DNA of 64,000 nt from the human T2T-CHM13v2.0 reference genome, Homo sapiens: the NCBI RefSeq assembly GCF_009914755.1, contig NC_060934.1; one strand, 5' to 3'. The translations under genes and the position numbers were made by a program. The notes beneath the pieces were generated by a model. The model worked only from the letters and a program-made list of their open reading frames with translations. It was not told the origin of the DNA and ran no database searches. Shown here in pieces: positions 12,654-30,597 of the stretch; position 1 is the stretch's first letter; each line of letters begins with the position of its first letter.

Positions 12654-13635
12654 TTATCAACAAATTTATCAGAAGCAATAACTGCTTCCCCTGTTAAGTA
12701 AGGGAAAACACTTGTGAGATGAGAAAATAACAGAGAGTTTAAACATGCCAGTACACCTTACTTCACATGCATGCAAACTGCATCTTCATTCAAACAGCAA
12801 TCAGACCTCACCATTCAGACCTGGGAGCTGAGATTTACTCCCTCAGAGGCTCTCCTGGGATGGTATCAATTCACTCACTAAATGAACATGTGTGTGCTTG
12901 CTAGGTGCACAGTGCTATTCATAAAAGCCAAAAAGAAAAAAACCCCAAACAAACAAAAAAACCAGTCCTTGCCGTTCAGTAGCTGACGGTCTGGTCAGAG
13001 AGAGAAATATACCAGGAGGTAACAGGGCTATATGGTAATATGTTCTAATGGAAATCAAAGCACAGCTTTACCAGGACACACGTGAGCTCACCCCATTGCC
13101 AAGCAACCCAAGTAAATTTAAGGGTTTCAGCCTTTTGTGTGACACTCAGACAAATAAATGATTTTGGAAAAGAAGACATGCAAACAAAATACTATGGGAA
13201 GAAGTTATGTAAAACCGTGTACATGTCTGTAGCACTTAGAGCGATATTCAGAAGAATGTTCACCAAAATGTTAACAGAGGTCACCTCTTAGTGATGGGAT
13301 TTCGGGTGATCTTTATCCCTTTTGTATGTTTCTGTAATATGTGTGTTGTTTTTCAATGAATACTTAAAATGAGAAGACTGTAATTAGCCCTGTCTAGAGA
13401 CAGAGAAAGCTTTGATTCAATTTCCGGAACTTTTATCTAGGACTTTAAGTGCTAGGCCTTGTATAAGAAAGACAGACAACAGAGTTGTCTGTCCGTGAGT
13501 TTTCATTTTCTTGGTAGTGGACGTGGGCACGCATGTAAACAATTAAAATGCAATTGGTTATGCGCCAATGCGGTTTCTTAGTTGTGACAAATGTATAATA
13601 GTAATATAATACGTTAAGTATATAATAAAGAATTT

Positions 13636-14024
<389 letters not shown>

Positions 14025-14204
14025 CTAGATCTTTATAAACATGGGATTTTCATTTACCTTCCTCATCTTTTCCCACAGCCATTATCAGTAATACAATCAA
14101 TGGTCCCCCCAACCTTGATCCCTGATCCAAAATCAGTGATTTTGCATATGACTCTCTCTACCTTAGTCTTTCTAGAACATTGTTTTCATCTGGTCATCCT
14201 CTAG

Positions 14205-14652
<448 letters not shown>

Positions 14653-15862
14653 ATCCTACATAGGTTTTACAGGTCCCCTCTCCCCATTTAGACCGCCTTT
14701 CCATGAAGCGTCTTACTTTGTCATCATAACAACTCTTTGAAGCAGAGATTTTCCAATTTACAGACGAGGGCGCTGAGTTTCTGAGATATCAAATGACTTG
14801 CCCAACCCTACATGACTAGGAACAGGTAGGACCAGGATTCAAACCCAGGCACATCTGAAATGCAGAGCCCACACTGTCAACCGTTATACTGTGCTCTTTT
14901 CTTTTTTGATTTCTTTTCTGGTCCTGAGTATCTCTAGGCTCAAGTTCCTGGCTCATAATTTCACAACTTCCTTAAAGAATAATGGCCAACACATATGTGC
15001 TTCCTATGTGTCACCAATTTTCTAAGCACCCAATTTTTATTAATCTTCACAACTACCTTATGAGAAGGGAACTACTATTGTTTCCCATTGTATAGGCAAA
15101 GAAACAGAGATATAGAAAGATTGATTTCTCAAGGTCACATATCCTTTAAGTGCTAGAGCTGGAATTAGAACCAGCCAACAACTTGTCCAGAACCCCTACT
15201 CTTCAGCAGTTCCCTGCCAGGCCTCCTCTGCCATTGCATCCTATAGGGAGAATGTGTCTAAAGAAGGAGAGGCAGATCTGTTTTTGGAGATGCTGTCATA
15301 AAAACTCATCACTATGAGTCAAACTCCAACAATCCATGTGCTACATGTGTGGATGCATTCCTGCCTTTGTCAGTTTTTATACTGGTAGAAAATATCAAAT
15401 GAGCAGAGAAAGGCAGCTGTCATGACCAGCAGAGTGACAAAAGCAGAGTCACAAAATGTGGGAACTGTCCTCCAAGAAAATTCAGAAGTCAGTGCCTGAA
15501 CAGTAAGTTATTGTTTTATAAGTACATAGCATTTTATTTACTCATGTAATCCTACAATGTAGGGATCTATGACCATCCCATTTCACAGATGAGGAAGTGG
15601 AGGATGGGGAAGTAAAGAGGTTGCTAGTAAGTGGAAGAGCCAGGACCTGACCCTAGGCACTCGGAAGCCAGGGCAGATCTTTCCTACGCTCCCTTGGCAG
15701 ACAGTTCTCACTCAACCTGACAATGATTTTTTTTTAGAGAGAACATAAAGATAAAAGAAAGTTATCTTGCATGTATTAAAGGCTACTGGACTAAATAGAA
15801 AAGTAAAATAATTGGAAATGTCTGCCTCCCCTTTGGAAACATGCACGCGATGCTTTATCTGA

Positions 15863-16182
<320 letters not shown>

Positions 16183-16854
16183 GAAATGATTTCAATTCAG
16201 TCAGACTAGAGCATTTGTCTTGATACCTGTAGGAGTTCCAATTGCAGTTAGAATAATGATGTTGCACACAGAGGAGGGAAAAGAGAAAGATGAGCCTGCA
16301 TGTGTTTGTGTGGGTGTTCATCTTGTCAATCCCCACAAACCCACACGCCATCAGACACTAGTCAGACACCCTTTGACATGGAAAGGGTGACTGTAGACAG
16401 CAGCCCACTCCTGCTCAGATGTCTGAAATACATAGGAGCCCTGTAGGAAATGACAACCCAAACCCGATTCCCTACACTCTCAGTTGCCACACACAGACTT
16501 TCTCTCACATCCCTCCTTAACCCATGGGAATCCAGCCCCTCTCTCCATTATTGGTAAATACATGAAGAAGGGAGTGGAATGAAGCTTTCGAAGATTGTAC
16601 TTAACCTTCTTGTAAAGCATGTCTTCTGGGCATAATATTTTTTTAAAAATATGAATCAGCTAATAAAACAATCTAGTTAATGTTCGTCAAAACCCTGTGT
16701 GCTAACTTTCACTACTATCTTGCTTTCACGTAATGTTTATTGCTTATTGGATTCAAATTGCATTAGACTGGATGCAGCAACAGTTTTAAATAATTCAAGG
16801 CAATAATCTTTCACTGAAGTTGTTTGCGTCTATGAATAACTTCCTAATGATTTT

Positions 16855-17165
<311 letters not shown>

Positions 17166-17996
17166 TCACCAACACTTGGTATAACAGGGAGGCTGCTGTG
17201 CCTCCCATGTAGAAAGTGCACAGCTCTTGGAGTCAGGGCACCTGGATAATCTGCAGACAAATGTGCCACTGCTCCAAGGCTCAGCACTCACGTCTTTGAA
17301 AATCAGAGAGTGATACCTACATCATCAAAGAAATATCAGGGACAGGAACATGGCATCGGGAGCCAGATCACCTGGGTTTAGATCCCAGCTCTGATACTGT
17401 CTATGGAACATTGGGCAAATTATTTAACCTCTATGGACATTTGTTTCTTCTTCTCTGAAAAGGGGATAGTATTAGTGCCAAGCTATAGGATTGTTATGAG
17501 GATTAAATGAGTTAATAATGTAAACCAGTTACACAGTACCTGATATATCATAAGTACTATGGGAGTGCTTGATGAGGGAAATAAAACAGATATCAAGGTT
17601 AGAAGAGTTACTGCAAGGTGGAGGAAGCACTGAACAGAGCACTCCAGTGGGAGCTCTTCCTAAAGCAGAACAATACAGACATGGCAGCTGCTGAGCAGCT
17701 GAAAGAAAAAGGCTGCATCTTTCCTCAATAAGGTCAGAGACTCTTTCATATAAATGTCCACTCCATCCACTTTGCTCGTATTTCTCTACCTATCTGCTGT
17801 CTTCCCCTCCTATTTAGAGATGATGGGAAACCAGTCACAGAATGTGAAATAAAACTGTGGTTCAGAAGAGCAAACTCACTTCTGAACAGGATATTTCAAA
17901 GGAGAAAGAGGACCTTGGCCTTGGCTTTCTGGTAGATTTCACCAACTCTGTGAACATTATCAAGGGAGAGATTCACATTTAAAAAAGGCTACTTTC

Positions 17997-18300
<304 letters not shown>

Positions 18301-18365
18301 AAAAAAGGCTACTTTCTACTTCCACTTAGGAAGTTTTACTAAGTTTAAAAAGGGAAAAGAGCTAG

Positions 18366-18486
18366 GGCATGCGGGACTTAATACCTAGGTGATGGGTTGA
18401 CAGGTGCAGCAAACCACCATGGCACACGTTTACCCATGTAACAAACCTGCACGTCCTGCACATGTACCCTGGAATTTTTAAAAAAA
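18366..18486 (+). mobile_element. Short L1PA 3' terminal fragment
   Basis: gggttgacaggtgcagcaaaccaccatggcacacgtttacccatgtaacaaacctgcacgtcctgcacatgtaccc. Confidence 0.85.
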
Positions 18487-19389
18487 CATTAAAAATTTTT
18501 AAAAAGTCATAAAAGAGGAACTAAAGTCACACAGGCTAGTTTTAAAGTATAGGGCAATTCTTGAAGAGTCACGAATAGCAAACAAGTGTTTTCTAATTAT
18601 GCTCCAATGAATTTCTGAAACTTGCCAGAAATTCCCATTGCTCTAATATTTGTGTGCCTGTCTAGTCTGGGTAATTTGCAAGTGTGTATCTATATAAAAG
18701 AGCTTTCTTTTTTATAGACACCCACACACACCCCATAAATGCCATTTGAGTACTTATTTAAATAGACAAGTACTTGTTAAAAATAAAGATGTCCTGACCA
18801 AAGCAGTTGCATAGAAATGGGATTTCATCCATTGGAAGCAAAGGAGAAAATACAACTTGGCCCAACAATTTGCACATAAGCAATGATGGTTAAATATAAT
18901 ATTAAACATGCAATGGCTTTGAGTTAGATTATATTTTTATGTTTTTAATTTTCATTTACATGTGCATAACATGTATGCCATATAAAAACAAAATATAGAT
19001 AAAGAAATTTAATAAAAATTAGAATCAACATTTCGGTAGAGCTGTGACTAGGAAACATGTTCCCAAATTACATGGCCAGAGAGGGTTGGAAGCCTTAAAA
19101 GATATCATGCTTCTATATCTTAAACCAAACAATGAAGAGTATTAGATTTAAAAAAGAGAGAGAGAGCAAGCAAAAAACCAGGAGCCAAAAGACGTGCATC
19201 TGACCCTATCTTATTAGATAGCTTATGTGACCTTAAGTATGCCCGTGGGCCTCAATTTCCCCACCTATCAAAAAACATAGTTGGACTAAAGGACTTCACA
19301 ATGAGGACACAGCCATTCCCATGATGGGCCTTGTGGACGTGTTCTCTGCTACAGCTATCACCATATTCTGGAACTCATAAAAATCATAA

Positions 19390-19684
<295 letters not shown>

Positions 19685-20593
19685 GCCTCTTTTTCTTAAC
19701 TGGACAAGAATTCCTTCAAAGTTTTTGGTAATGTACTTTCAAAGCAAGCCCTCCCAAATAATGGGGTGACAATTCCCACTGGAGGTTACCTTCCCAGTGA
19801 CCAGAGGCTAACTGTATCTCTTGTGTTTGGGGCAGGGTAGCAAGAATGGTGAAGGAGTTGAAACCCTACTAGGGGTCTAGGATGGTGCCTTGCTTTGTAG
19901 CTGTCATCCTACCCAAGCTGCTGTTATTTGTCGGAAGGTCACATAAATTCACACGCCAAGGATCCAGTCATGTGTGCTGAATAACATGTGCTAATATGTG
20001 TATTTTCTTCTTTCCTCCCAATGGTCAAAAATCCAATTTCTATGCAAATGCTTTAGTCAGAACATTCTTCTTTTTAACAAGTATAACACTTCTCTCTAAT
20101 AGGAAGATTTGGAATCACTATTATAAATTGCACTGAATTTCTCTGGTGCAGAAGTGGTTTATCTCATCCTTACGTATTAAGACTCACTTAAGGGCTTAAA
20201 GAGGTTTATTCCAAATCTCCCAAGGACTGGCAAAAGCCACAGAACCCAAGGCAAACCTCTAGTTCACTTCCTAATGTCCCAGGAAAGAGATGGGAGTAGA
20301 GCTTCCTTGCTTGGTGCCCACAGTTCATAATGCATCAACTTCAAATGTGTGTTAACTGACCTACTCGATGTTATTTTCCAGAAGAAATGGTGCAATTGGC
20401 CACTCTTTTTATTTGGGGGTAAGTAGGTTCTCTATGGATTCTGACAGGTCAGACAAGACCTTGTAAATAATGACAAGTCCCCAGATATATGTGCAGCTTT
20501 TTCCCACACTTTCTTCAAACCTCTCCTTAGGTGTCATATTTGAGAGAAGTCTTCTCTGCCCCATATAAGTGCAGCTCTTTTATTCTGCTTTAA

Positions 20594-21265
<672 letters not shown>

Positions 21266-21380
21266 GTAGATAGATGACTCTCATTTCCAGCTAACAGCGT
21301 TTCTCAAAAAGGAAGGCACCTGCCTGAGCTACCTCTGGACTACATAGGTATTCACGTCAGTGGGTCACCGGGGCACTTAC

Positions 21381-21490
21381 TGCTGGAGAAGGTGGTTTCT
21401 TTCGGACTGGACGACATCGGCTGTGCACAGAGTTGACAAAGGCAGTCTCTCCCATTGAATGTGACTCGGTCTCCGGGTGGAAACGGGCGC
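21381..21490 (-). CDS. ABLIM1: ABLIM1 internal coding exon (110 nt, phase 2-1): (K)RPFPPGDRVTFNGRDCLCQLCAQPMSSSPKETTFSS, end of LIM2 plus linker
   Basis: Absent from the ORF track; found by hand. Acceptor tttctgcctccag|G and donor AGCA|gtaagt. AA|G completes Lys and the frame supplies the final CxxC of LIM2. The next exon was not found in 1-21380 and is presumed to lie off-window. Confidence 0.95.
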
Positions 21491-24488
21491 CTGGAGGCAG
21501 AAAGACATCGCCCTCAAGGTTATTGCAGCAATTTCATTCCTTTTCCTTATTCCTTCTGCTTGCTGCCCTCCGGTGCCCATTTATTTCTTGGAGAAGCAGC
21601 AGCCAACATGTCTGAAATGCAGTCATAACCAAGCCAGCCAGCTGGAGACAGTCCAAACAAATAAATGTGCCTCATTTTGAGAAGAAAGGGGAATGTACTG
21701 GTTCTAAGGGCAACCAGGTAGTAAAATGGAATGATTTACCTCCATTCATTAGTGAAGGGATATTCCAGCAAGTGATCTAGCAGGGCACACAGAACAGTAA
21801 GTTTCCAAATGGAAAGTCCTTCATGAAAAAATATTTTAAATACCATGAATTCCCAGTGAAGCTTAAGGCCCTGCCCCAGGAGACCTGGCTACAGGTCAAG
21901 CAGTAAGCAGTGGGTCTTTCAGTTCCCTGGGACCGTGCCTAGACCTCTGTGATGATTATGCAGGATTAGACTTTGTGCTGGACACCTACATGGGTGAACG
22001 GAACGTTTCATGGTGCTGGAGACCCAGTCCCTTATAAACTGGGAGAAATGGGACAGGCTGTAAATATCTGTTTAAGAATTCATATTAGCTTCTTTTCAGA
22101 AAGACAATTTCTCTTCATAGTAGATATTCATCAATAGCAGCACATTTTGCAAAAATATTGCCTTCTGCATGTAGATAATCAGTTTCTTCTCCCAGGTCAC
22201 CAGGCAGAGAGCCCTTTAAACAAGTCATTAATGAACAGACATATGACAGTTTCCATGCCCACTCACTTGCCCTTGGCCTATGTACCAATAATCTTCATTA
22301 AAGTGATTTTTCAAATGTGTGATGCTGCCAATTAGGAAACGTGAAACTCACAAGCTGAACATCACCACAAATCTTAGTTAGAAGCAATTACTTAAGAGCA
22401 AGTACCAGCTTTTTGACATTCATTTTTACTTCCACAGCTGCTACATTCCCTTTAAGTTGCCCCTCAGTAGCCTAACAATTGGCAATTAACTGTAATAAAC
22501 AACATATAGGTAAATTTGGAGTTAACCCCACAAATGTGGCTGGCTCCAGTCATCACAGAGAGTTTTAAATTCTTACACCCTTACATTTTAGAAGTCCCGA
22601 GGAGAGGTGGTGTCCTCTCCACTTGTGATGCTGTGTCACTTTCGGCAGTACAGTGAAGGCTCAGAGAGGTGAAGTGACATGCCTGGACTGACCAGCTAGG
22701 GAGATCAAGCCATAGGCAGGTGCAGATGGCATCCACCAACTTAGAACTTGTTTTATTTTTAAGAATCAAAAATCACCCTCTGCTGGATGCCAGTAGCCCT
22801 ACTGCTTCACACTCATTAGCTAAACCTGAACAAGTCTTAAATCTGTTCTGTAAGGAGGGAGTCAGGAAGTTAAGGATCCATTCAACACAACACGCACAGG
22901 TTCTTTTGCCTCCGACCAGGCCAGGAGTGGACCCAGACACAGCGTTTAAAGAGGCACTCGTGCTCCGTGGCTGACCCTGCACTTGCAGGACCCTGAGAAT
23001 AAGTGCCCTTTACCTGTTGCATGCCCAGAGGCACCTCGCTTACCCCACCCAAGCCCAAGCCTTCCTTCCCATCCAAGCTTATTATTTTAGACCCGAGTCC
23101 CACACGAATCCTCTATGGGACAAGCCAGAATCCAGTTCTCAACTTGGGCTGGGCCTTCTGAAGGGTGGGTTTTGTTGTTTTGTAAATGGCCCTTTTCAGT
23201 AATTTCCTCCCTCCCTATATCCTCTGCCCATACTGGATAACTTCCTTCTTTTATTTGCATGAATGTTTATAATAGAAAGAGACCTGGATTTAGAGTTAGA
23301 AAACCTGAGTTCTAACGTTAACTTGGGAATGTCCCTTAAACCGTGAGCCTCAAAGTCACTCATAAATAGAGATATTAACTCCTGGTTCCCTTCAAAGAAT
23401 TGCTAAGAGGGTGAAATTAACTTCTGTATGAATATAACTTCTCAACTAAAAAGGAGGCCCCAATTCAGACAGAATTATCGTCATTCGGCAGCAGTAGAGG
23501 CAGTAGCAGTAAGTGCTCCTTTGCTGGCTCAAATGTCCAGGGACAGGGCCATAGTTAATAAATCGTTTTTTATCATTATACCAACTTCAAAGCAATGACC
23601 TCTCAGGGTCAGGATCAGAAGGGCTCTTAGAGTTTACTGGGAACACGGCCTTCCAACCTGGCTGACTGACAACATACATGAGAACCCTCCAGAAACTACT
23701 AAATTAGCATGCAGGTTTTGGGGGAAAATAGGCTAGAAATTGATCTTTGTGGAGAGACTCCCATCTCTAGTCCACTCCCACCCATCCAGGAGATTCCAGT
23801 GATGAGCGAGGCTTGAAAAATGACTCGCATCTAGTTCACAGCTTCTCATTCTAAGGTGGAGGCAATTGTCTGGAAAAAGCTAAATCACATAGGTCTCAAT
23901 TCAACCTGGGAAGTAAGACTGGGACTTGGGGCTCCATGCCAGCCCAGGACTCTTAACCAGGCTGTGTGCCACAGCCTGAAAAGGGAAAAATCAGGGCAGA
24001 ACTTTGCTTTTGATTAAATACAGAAAAATATTCAGTTCATTCATCCAGAATTATTAAATTATGATTTAAAAAAATGAAATAGAGAAATGAGCTAATACAT
24101 AGCTATAAAGTTATTTAAATAATTTTATTATGAATATTTTGTGTCTTATTATGATTTATCAGTATTATCTTGTTAATTAATTACACAATATTGAATCTTC
24201 CCTTCTAGAGCTTACATCTCTCTGGCTTAGAAACATACAATGCTGAAAAACAGACAACACGTCTCCTCTGAATTGGGGTTTTTAGAAAGGCATAGCAAAT
24301 AGATCTCCACTTGAAAAGGCACTGGATTGCAAAATTGCCAAATTAGAATTGATCAATAAAGCAGCTGACCCTTGGTGGTGAGTCTCCTAGTTACAGGAAT
24401 CAAACCTATCTTAAGTTTTATAACATGCAGACCTCAAAACACAAAAACCACAAAAAGCCCCACATTTTCCCACTCACACTTCACATAG

Positions 24489-24829
<341 letters not shown>

Positions 24830-24898
24830 TGATCATTTTAATCAAGCTGGTTTGCACAGTTAAGATACAACCTTGGTAGATGACAGATACATAGAGAA

Positions 24899-25117
24899 CA
24901 GGGTTGGCAAATATTTCCCCCCAAAGATGAGATTGTAAATTTTTTAAGACTTTGCGGACCATATGGTCTCTGTCGCAATGACTCAACTCTGTTGTTGCAG
25001 CGTGGAAGCAGCTATAGGCCACACACAAGTGGGAGTGGCTGTGTTCCAATAGAACTTTATCCACAAAAACAGGTATCAGGCCTAATTCAGCCCATGGGAC
25101 ACAGTTTGCCACCGCCT
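24899..25117. mobile_element. MER58A-like hAT-Charlie element
   Basis: Ends cagggttggcaaa ... tttgccaccgcct. Internal gtggctgtgttccaatagaactttat. Confidence 0.75.
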
Positions 25118-25499
25118 ATTATAGATGAAAGAGACCATTTTAAACACACACACATGCCTAGGAATTTATACTTCCAAATAAGCTTTATCCTTCTAAGCAG
25201 TTATGCCATTTCCCCCTGATGTTTTTATTGCTCCAAAATGTTTTGAGACCCAGAGCTGCTTTCAGAATTAGTTTCAATCTACTAAAAATCAGTCATATTA
25301 CTTTGTAGAGGACATCACACATACAGTTTCCAACTAATCTACTTTTTTTACTAGGACTGATAGTACAGTAAGAAAGAAATCTAAGGATAAGAGTATGTGC
25401 TACTCAAGACAAAAGGTGTATAATCCAACCTTTAACAGCCCAAACCAGCATTTCTCTGTTGGAGGAAGGTGTAGGCTTTGGAAAGATAGGCTCACTTAC

Positions 25500-25683
25500 T
25501 TGCAGATAGTACAAGCAAAGCAATTGGGATGGTAGGTCTTGCCCAGAGCAGTCACCACTTCGCCCTCCACGAACTCCCCACAGCCATGGCAGCGTGTCCC
25601 GTACATCCGCTGGTAGTCCAGGGTGCAGAGATACTCTCCGTTCTTTATGAAGAAGCCCCCTTGTGCCAGGTCACAGCCACACA
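25500..25683 (-). CDS. ABLIM1: ABLIM1 internal coding exon (184 nt, phase 1-2): (V)CGCDLAQGGFFIKNGEYLCTLDYQRMYGTRCHGCGEFVEGEVVTALGKTYHPNCFACTIC(K), end of LIM1 and first half of LIM2
   Basis: Acceptor tctctctacag|TG and donor GCAA|gtaagt. LIM zinc ligands conserved. Frame continuous with both neighbouring exons. Confidence 0.97.
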
Positions 25684-28289
25684 CTGTAGAGAGACAAGTT
25701 CACATCTGGTCATTATCTGCCACACTGCCGGGCAGCACTGCCTTTGAGTGAATACTGACTGGTTGCTCACCCTGTGATCTCAATGGTTTGGGGCTAGGGA
25801 GGGGATGGCTACAAAGAGCTATTTATTATTGGGCTCTGACCCTCCCTTTGGGAGCTATGCAATATCTCATACAAGTAAAATCCACTGGCTAGGTCTCAAC
25901 AGCTTTTGTGATATGTCTAAAATTCTGAGATAATCAAACAGTCTTTGATAGAAAGATACCCTTCATTCAGGCTGTCTCAAATATGAGCAAAGGTGTCCCT
26001 GGCAGTGTGCTATTTAGGAAAGGTGCCCACTGCCTGCCCACACAACCACATGGTTTGGGCCAAGATTGTTAGGAGTTGAGTAATAAATTTCCATTATACC
26101 AAAGGCAGTAGCTGAAATTTCCGATAGCTGTATTTTTTCACACTCTGGAACTACTTTCCACTGCTACGAAAAATTCAGATGTTTCATTTTTTCTTTGTGC
26201 AGTAAATAGAATAAGCCAATTATTTATATATTATAGAGAGATAAAAAACAAACAGGCAAAAGAGGAAAGACCTGTTATTTGGATGCTTTATTGTGTCTGG
26301 ATTTTGGCATCTCCTTCCGACTGTGCAGCTGTGGATTAGGGAGATGGTGCAAACAGGCAGTGGGAGCTTGGGCCTGGTCTACGTGTTCAGACAAGACCAG
26401 AGTAGGTCACAACAATTTGTCTGCAAATAAAGCCTAAAGCAGTCCCTGACAGTAAAGATCTCTCTCTGCCAAATGGCTGAGAAGCAACAGCCAAAGCTGG
26501 AAATCTCTGACCCTAACCTTGCTATCCCCAAGGTCAACTGATTCCAATTTATAATTCCTTAGGCAAAGAATCCAGGATTCTTCTTGATTATTTGGTATTC
26601 AGTTGGGGTGGGGACAAGGTGAGTTCAATCAGTAAATTGCTTTCCTAAGGACCTGCTCGAATGCTCCCAGGGTTCATCTGCTGAGTTCCCATGACTCCTT
26701 AATTCATCTAGATGAACTAGGGCTTCAGTAAGGTTCTGATGAAAGTCACGACTCCCCCACCTTCAGTCAGGACTCTTCACTAACTACAAGCTACGGAAGA
26801 CGTTCAAGGTGATCCAAAACCCACAAACAAACTTTCCATTGTGGATTCATCAGTCTTTGTTTAGATCAACACTCCACAGCCATGACCTTCTTCTTTGCAA
26901 TTTACAATTAAGTAACCCAAGATTATGGCCTGAGTCCATCATGCCTGAAACTGACCACCCTATAAATACTCCTGTGATCATATTATCTGGAAAACAGCTC
27001 ATTCACCACCTGCTGCCTCCTCTCACCTGCCAACCTCTCCTCTGCCCCCACTGTTCTCCCACCTGCTTCTTCTTCCCCAGATGAGTCCTGTGGGTCAGGG
27101 GAACCCACGTGTGGATTGGCCTCATTCTGATTGCAAATTCCTTCAGCAACAATAGGCAGTCTGGGGGTAGCGGGTCACAGAACCTTAGAGTGTTTTCTTC
27201 AATATCTGTCTATGTGCAGATCTTATTTTTCTACAAGATGGCAAGGTATTTGAGGGGTGAGAGTCTTCTTTTGATTCTTCTTCAGGAACCTAATTGTATC
27301 TAATATAAAACAGGAAACACAATGTTTGAAATAAACTGAATCCTGCCTGAAACTTGGCAGGTTCCCACTGATTTCACTCCTCAGTGACATCAAGTTCTGA
27401 TGACTCAGTTATTTTTCCAAACTTAGGATTTCTCAAAGCCCTGAGAAGTGACACAACAATGCATCCAGACTACTGGTAATTCCCTAAATTCTCTCCTCCA
27501 GTCAGCTATGGCTTAAAAATGCAGAGTCGTTATACAAAGATGTGGTGTCAAAAGGGTAATCTGGTGGCAATACACAAAAAATAGATTGAGATAGTTTCAA
27601 AGCTAATTCTAAATGTTTTAGAAATTATTTGTATTTACTGCTTTCTTAGGGCACCTGTCTGCAGCCTTTTCCAGATCACATGGTTTTGTGAAATTGACAT
27701 ATAGTATCCTTTATTAATAAAGTCCTAGTTTCTGTGAACATAACATAGCCTTAAAAAATGAATTCTTAACACTACTGAGAGATGCCAAGCTACATTCAAA
27801 CTGTGCCTTATTATGATTTGATTTGGCTTTTTCCTTAAAGTAGTGCTCAAGGTGGCTTACAAACCATACCATTATTTCTGGTGGTTTATACAAGGAAACC
27901 AGTGTTTGATGTGACTCCCAGAGGCAGGTGTTCCTAAAGGCATATGCAACAAGCAGTGAGAAGGGGGGCCTATGATGCCAGTACCTAAAATATACTTAAC
28001 ATTATTACATTTCCTGAAAATGGACCAGCTGTCACATCATTTCAGACTCTTCCCTCTCTTGCCTCCCCAGGCTTTACTTTCCTGTTTCTCCTCCTCTGTC
28101 TACTCCTTCTCAGTCTCAGTGGCCAGGCCCCTAAATGCAGGTCACTCCTATGGGTGCCATCTCCTCCCTCTATGATGTAAGGCCTCCCTGGGAACAGATC
28201 TCATTCACTCTCACAACCTCAACTATAACTTTATGCGAGGGATGATCAAATTAATGATCTCTCTCTGTGATGTCTTCCCCAAGCTTTAG

Positions 28290-29187
<898 letters not shown>

Positions 29188-29649
29188 TGATCCATTCCCT
29201 CCTCTGCCTTCTTGCTATCACTACTCAAAACCTGGCCTTCAGCATGGCTCTGCTGTAGTAAAACAATTTTTTTTAACAACATTTGTATTGGCAGGAAAAG
29301 AAAAACAACAGGAAACAATCTAAACTTTCATTAGTAGAAAAATAGTTGAATAAATTATGCTATGTCCAGTCTATGGAGCTGGTATTAAAAAGAATGAATT
29401 TAGCCCTCTGGATTGTGGATATTGACAGCCCTCTACGTTGCAGACATTGATCTGTCTGTGATATATTGTTCAGTGAAAAGAACAAATGTCACAGAGTAAA
29501 CGATTTTAAAAATCCCATTTTTAGATAAGTCATGTTTTTATGAACTAGGTAAAGTGAGTTAACATAAACAGAACCATTAAATTGGTTCTCTCAGGAGGGT
29601 AAAGAATTATTAATTTTTTCTTCATATACCCACTTGTCAGTCCATTTTG

Positions 29650-29915
29650 TAATTTTATTTTTAATTGTGACAAAATGCATATAACAAAAAATTTACCATC
29701 TTAATCATTTTTAAGTGTACAGGTCAGTGGCATTAGATACATTCACATTGTTGTGCAACCATCACTGCTATCCATCCACAGAACTCTTTTCATCTTGCAA
29801 AACTGAAACTCTGCACCCATTAAAATCCCTATTCCCTCTTCCTCCAGCCCTGGGCAACCCCATTCTACTTTCTATCTCTATGAATTTAACTCCTCTAGGT
29901 TCCTCATATAAATAG
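29650..29915 (-). mobile_element. L1M 3' end fragment
   Basis: aaatttaccatcttaatcatttttaagtgtaca..cattcacattgttgtgcaaccatcac. Confidence 0.8.
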
Positions 29916-30266
29916 AAGTTCACCTTTAATCACAGTAATGTTAAGAAAAATTATCCAAAACTTGTAAACAAGGTAAAGGGAAGAAGGCATGTTCTTTAAA
30001 TGTCATACTGGGGCATTGTTTCACAGATCACATAAGGATTATTTCATTATCCGGGGAGACTAGATCGGTGTTGGACAAGCCCTTTCCTATTGATGAAAGG
30101 CCCAGACTTTAGAAGTTAATGTTAACTTTTTTATTCTTGTCCAGTAGAGATGCAGATGACTTCTGTCTGGTTTTATCATCGTGTTGAACCATGAATCAGT
30201 TTTACATCTAGCCCAGCCATCTTATTCTGACATTCCTTTTTGAATGCCTTTATAACCCACTCCTTT

Positions 30267-30597
30267 ATTTTAATATTATATATTATATATTATATATATA
30301 TATATTTTTTAGACAAGGTCTTGCTCTGTTGCCCAGCATGGAGTACAGTGGCATGATCATAACTCACTGCAGCCTTCAACTCCTGGGTGCAAGAAAACCT
30401 CCTGCCCTAGCCTCCCAAGTAGCTTAGGACTATAGGCATGTGCCACCAGGCCCAGCTAATTTTTAATTTTTTTGTATACACAGGCTGGTTTCTTGCTATA
30501 TTACACAGGCTGGTCTTGAACTCTCGGCCTCAAGTGATCTTCCTGCCTTGGCCTCCCAAACTGTTGGGAATATAGGCATGAACCACGGCACCCAGCC
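30267..30597 (-). mobile_element. AluJ with (TA)n-converted tail
   Basis: Reverse-complement J-type Alu. Confidence 0.85.

Noticed and set aside
16298-16349. Imperfect hairpin (gtttgtgtggg...ccccacaaac) as a possible miRNA precursor
   Set aside because: The stem is short, low-complexity and bulged; no other support.
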